From positions 256,001 to 320,000 of the forward strand of contig CAVVCZ010000006.1 in the NCBI GenBank assembly GCA_963746845.1: a DNA stretch of 64,000 bases, read 5' to 3'. Position 1 is the first letter of the stretch. Each line of letters begins with the position of its first letter. The DNA is from an uncultured Chloroflexia bacterium (lineage in GTDB: Bacteria > Chloroflexota > Limnocylindria > Limnocylindrales > CSP1-4). Positions 62,265-64,000 of the stretch are shown piece by piece. A program made the position numbers and the translations under genes. Under the pieces are notes generated by a model that made no database searches, had not been told where the DNA came from, and was given only the letters and a program-made list of their open reading frames with translations.

Positions 62265-62608
62265 GGCGCCGGTGGGACGCGTCCCCCGCGTCCCGGGTGA
62301 GTCAGCCGAGCACGTAGCGCAGCTGTGGCGTGTGCTGGACCGTGGTGGCCTTCTCGAGGATTTCCCATCGCCACGCTCGCGGGCGGTGGCGGTCCCGTTG
62401 ATCTGACATCCGTGTTGTAGGACCCGCCCGTCAGCCGCGACGTGTGCCGTTCGGCCCGAAGGGTCGGGACCTCCAGGGCCGACCGGCCCGTCTTCGGCGC
62501 ACGATCTCCCGTGATGGGCCTCATGCACCGTCACGACGGGCCGCACGGCACTGTCCCACCGGGTGCCGGAGGGCGGATGGTCGACACGCCAGGAACTGGA
62601 GGTGCGCC

Positions 62609-63091
62609 ATGACGGCGATGACCATCGACGGCCGGACCGTGATCCGGTCCTTCGTCGAACATGAGCACGAGGAGCTCGCGGCCGGCATCGACCGCATCCA
62701 CGAGGTGGCCTGGGACCTGCCACTCCTGCCCGTCGGCCAGCAGTCAGCCCGGATCGCGGGCGTGCTGCACTGGGTCGAGGAGACCCTGAGGCCGCACATG
62801 GCCTGGGAGGAGGCCTGGCTGTTCCCGCAGATCGACGCCCGGGCACGGACGCCGTGGGCGACCCGGATGGCCCGCTTCGACCACCGCCAGATCTCGGATC
62901 AGGCCGAACGGCTCGCGAGTCATCGCCACCACCTCGACCACGGGCCGTCCGCCGAGACGCTCGTCGAGATCCGGTGCGACCTCTTCGGCCTCGAGGCGCT
63001 GCTCCGCGCGAGCCTCGAGCGTGAGGAGAGCGTCCTGTTGCCGGTCCTGGAATCGGAGGCCGAGCGATGGACACCGGAGTGGCGCGACTGA
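62609..63091 (+). CDS. Hemerythrin/HHE domain protein
   Basis: HEH, HMAWEEAWLFP, DH, and LEREE.VLLP in place of the second HxxxEE; GGAGG RBS. Confidence 0.85.
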   Translation: MTAMTIDGRTVIRSFVEHEHEELAAGIDRIHEVAWDLPLLPVGQQSARIAGVLHWVEETLRPHMAWEEAWLFPQIDARARTPWATRMARFDHRQISDQAERLASHRHHLDHGPSAETLVEIRCDLFGLEALLRASLEREESVLLPVLESEAERWTPEWRD

Positions 63092-63807
63092 TTCGCGACG
63101 GCGCGACCGGCCCGGCCGACGACGCCACGCCGGCCGCGAGCCTCAGCGCCGCGGATTCCGCCCCGAGGCTCCAGCGCTGGGGGTTCCTGGCCCAGCCGGA
63201 CCTGCCGGATCGCCCGGGTCCGGCGTTCCTCCTCGTCGCGCTCCGGCCCGGCCCGACCCTCGAGCACTACGACCCGGAGGCCGTCGAGTACTGGGTGACC
63301 GTGGACGGCCACGGCCAGCGACGGACGCTGACCCACGACAGCCCGATGCCGCAGTCCGAGGACTTCGCGTGGGGCCTGATCCGCCTGGTCGACCGCCTCG
63401 GCGTGTCGAACGAGTACCTGACGTTCGGCGGCCATCTCGACGCGGCCGTGGTCGACTCGGTCGTGGTCGTGGCCTTCGCCTCGGGCGTGCCGCTGCTGCG
63501 GCGGGGCGGCCATTCGCAGGGCGTGGACCCGGGTGCGGATGCGGTCGGGGCGTTCTTCGGGCGCCTGATGGTCGCGGTCGACTACCAGCCCGGCTACGAG
63601 GCCGCGCTCGCCGCGGCCGATCCGTTGACCCGATACGCCGCGTTCGTGCGGGACGCCGACGAGCGTCGGCGCCGGCCCGGACGCAGCCCTTCGCTCGACG
63701 ACTCGTACGACCGTCTGATCCGGAGCGAAGCCACCCGGCTCCAGGCGACCGAGCGGAGGCATTGGGAGCTCGCGCGGGCCCTCCTCGCGAGCGCGAACGC
63801 TGCATGA
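63067..63807 (+). CDS. Hypothetical protein
   Basis: GC3-rich ORF between the hemerythrin and USP genes; no recognised motif. Confidence 0.7.
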   Translation: MDTGVARLIRDGATGPADDATPAASLSAADSAPRLQRWGFLAQPDLPDRPGPAFLLVALRPGPTLEHYDPEAVEYWVTVDGHGQRRTLTHDSPMPQSEDFAWGLIRLVDRLGVSNEYLTFGGHLDAAVVDSVVVVAFASGVPLLRRGGHSQGVDPGADAVGAFFGRLMVAVDYQPGYEAALAAADPLTRYAAFVRDADERRRRPGRSPSLDDSYDRLIRSEATRLQATERRHWELARALLASANAA

Positions 63808-63836
63808 CACATGCGGCATCGAAAGGAGCACCTGCC

Positions 63837-64000
63837 ATGAAGAAGATCCTCGTCGCGTATGACGGAGGCGAACCAGCTCATCGGGCCCTGGAGACCGCGA
63901 TCGAGCTGACGAAGAAGTTCGGGGGCGAACTGTCCGTCGTGAGCGTCGTCCCCTACTACCCGGGCCGTGCCGGCACCGACCCGTGGGACGACCGGCCGAC
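63837..64000 (+). CDS. Universal stress protein (partial)
   Basis: MKKILVAYDGGEPAHRALETAIEL; AAGGAG RBS. Confidence 0.9.
   Translation, partial: MKKILVAYDGGEPAHRALETAIELTKKFGGELSVVSVVPYYPGRAGTDPWDDRP

Noticed and set aside
62089-64000. Genomic island integrated at tRNA-Ala
   Set aside because: No integrase, no duplicated tRNA 3' end within the window and no evident compositional shift

Overview
High-GC bacterial chromosome segment, most likely Chloroflexota. That taxon is an inference from the Gram-positive-type LexA boxes GAAC-N4-GTTC, CIRCE/hrcA, a DUF5679 gene and F420-type enzymes. The backbone is a Firmicutes-like housekeeping gene order, mostly on the minus strand: rpsT / lepA-hemW-hrcA-grpE-dnaK ... 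dnaJ-prmA-mtaB-hit ... rpsU-yqeY-pgpH-ybeY. The window also holds pth-mfd, gap-pgk-eno, an SOS mutagenesis cassette (imuA-imuB-imuB C-domain ... dnaE2), a two-component pair, tRNA-Ala(CGC) and a hemerythrin/USP cluster. Accessory units interrupt the backbone. The most unusual are: (i) a ~756-bp unit in which a MarR-like gene is bracketed by 76-bp inverted repeats built from palindromes spaced 13 bp apart, next to a 6x13-bp tandem array; (ii) two diverged XRE-HTH + PD-(D/E)xK nuclease paralogues that share a spaced upstream motif and have 3' hairpins; (iii) a DnaE2 enlarged by non-intein insertions, one containing a palindromic DNA insert; (iv) a split-barrel domain fused to a MenA-type prenyltransferase; (v) two small membrane peptides behind matching ECF-type promoters inside the SOS cassette. 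No transposase, integrase or CRISPR array was seen. All family assignments are by motif recognition only; no searches were run.
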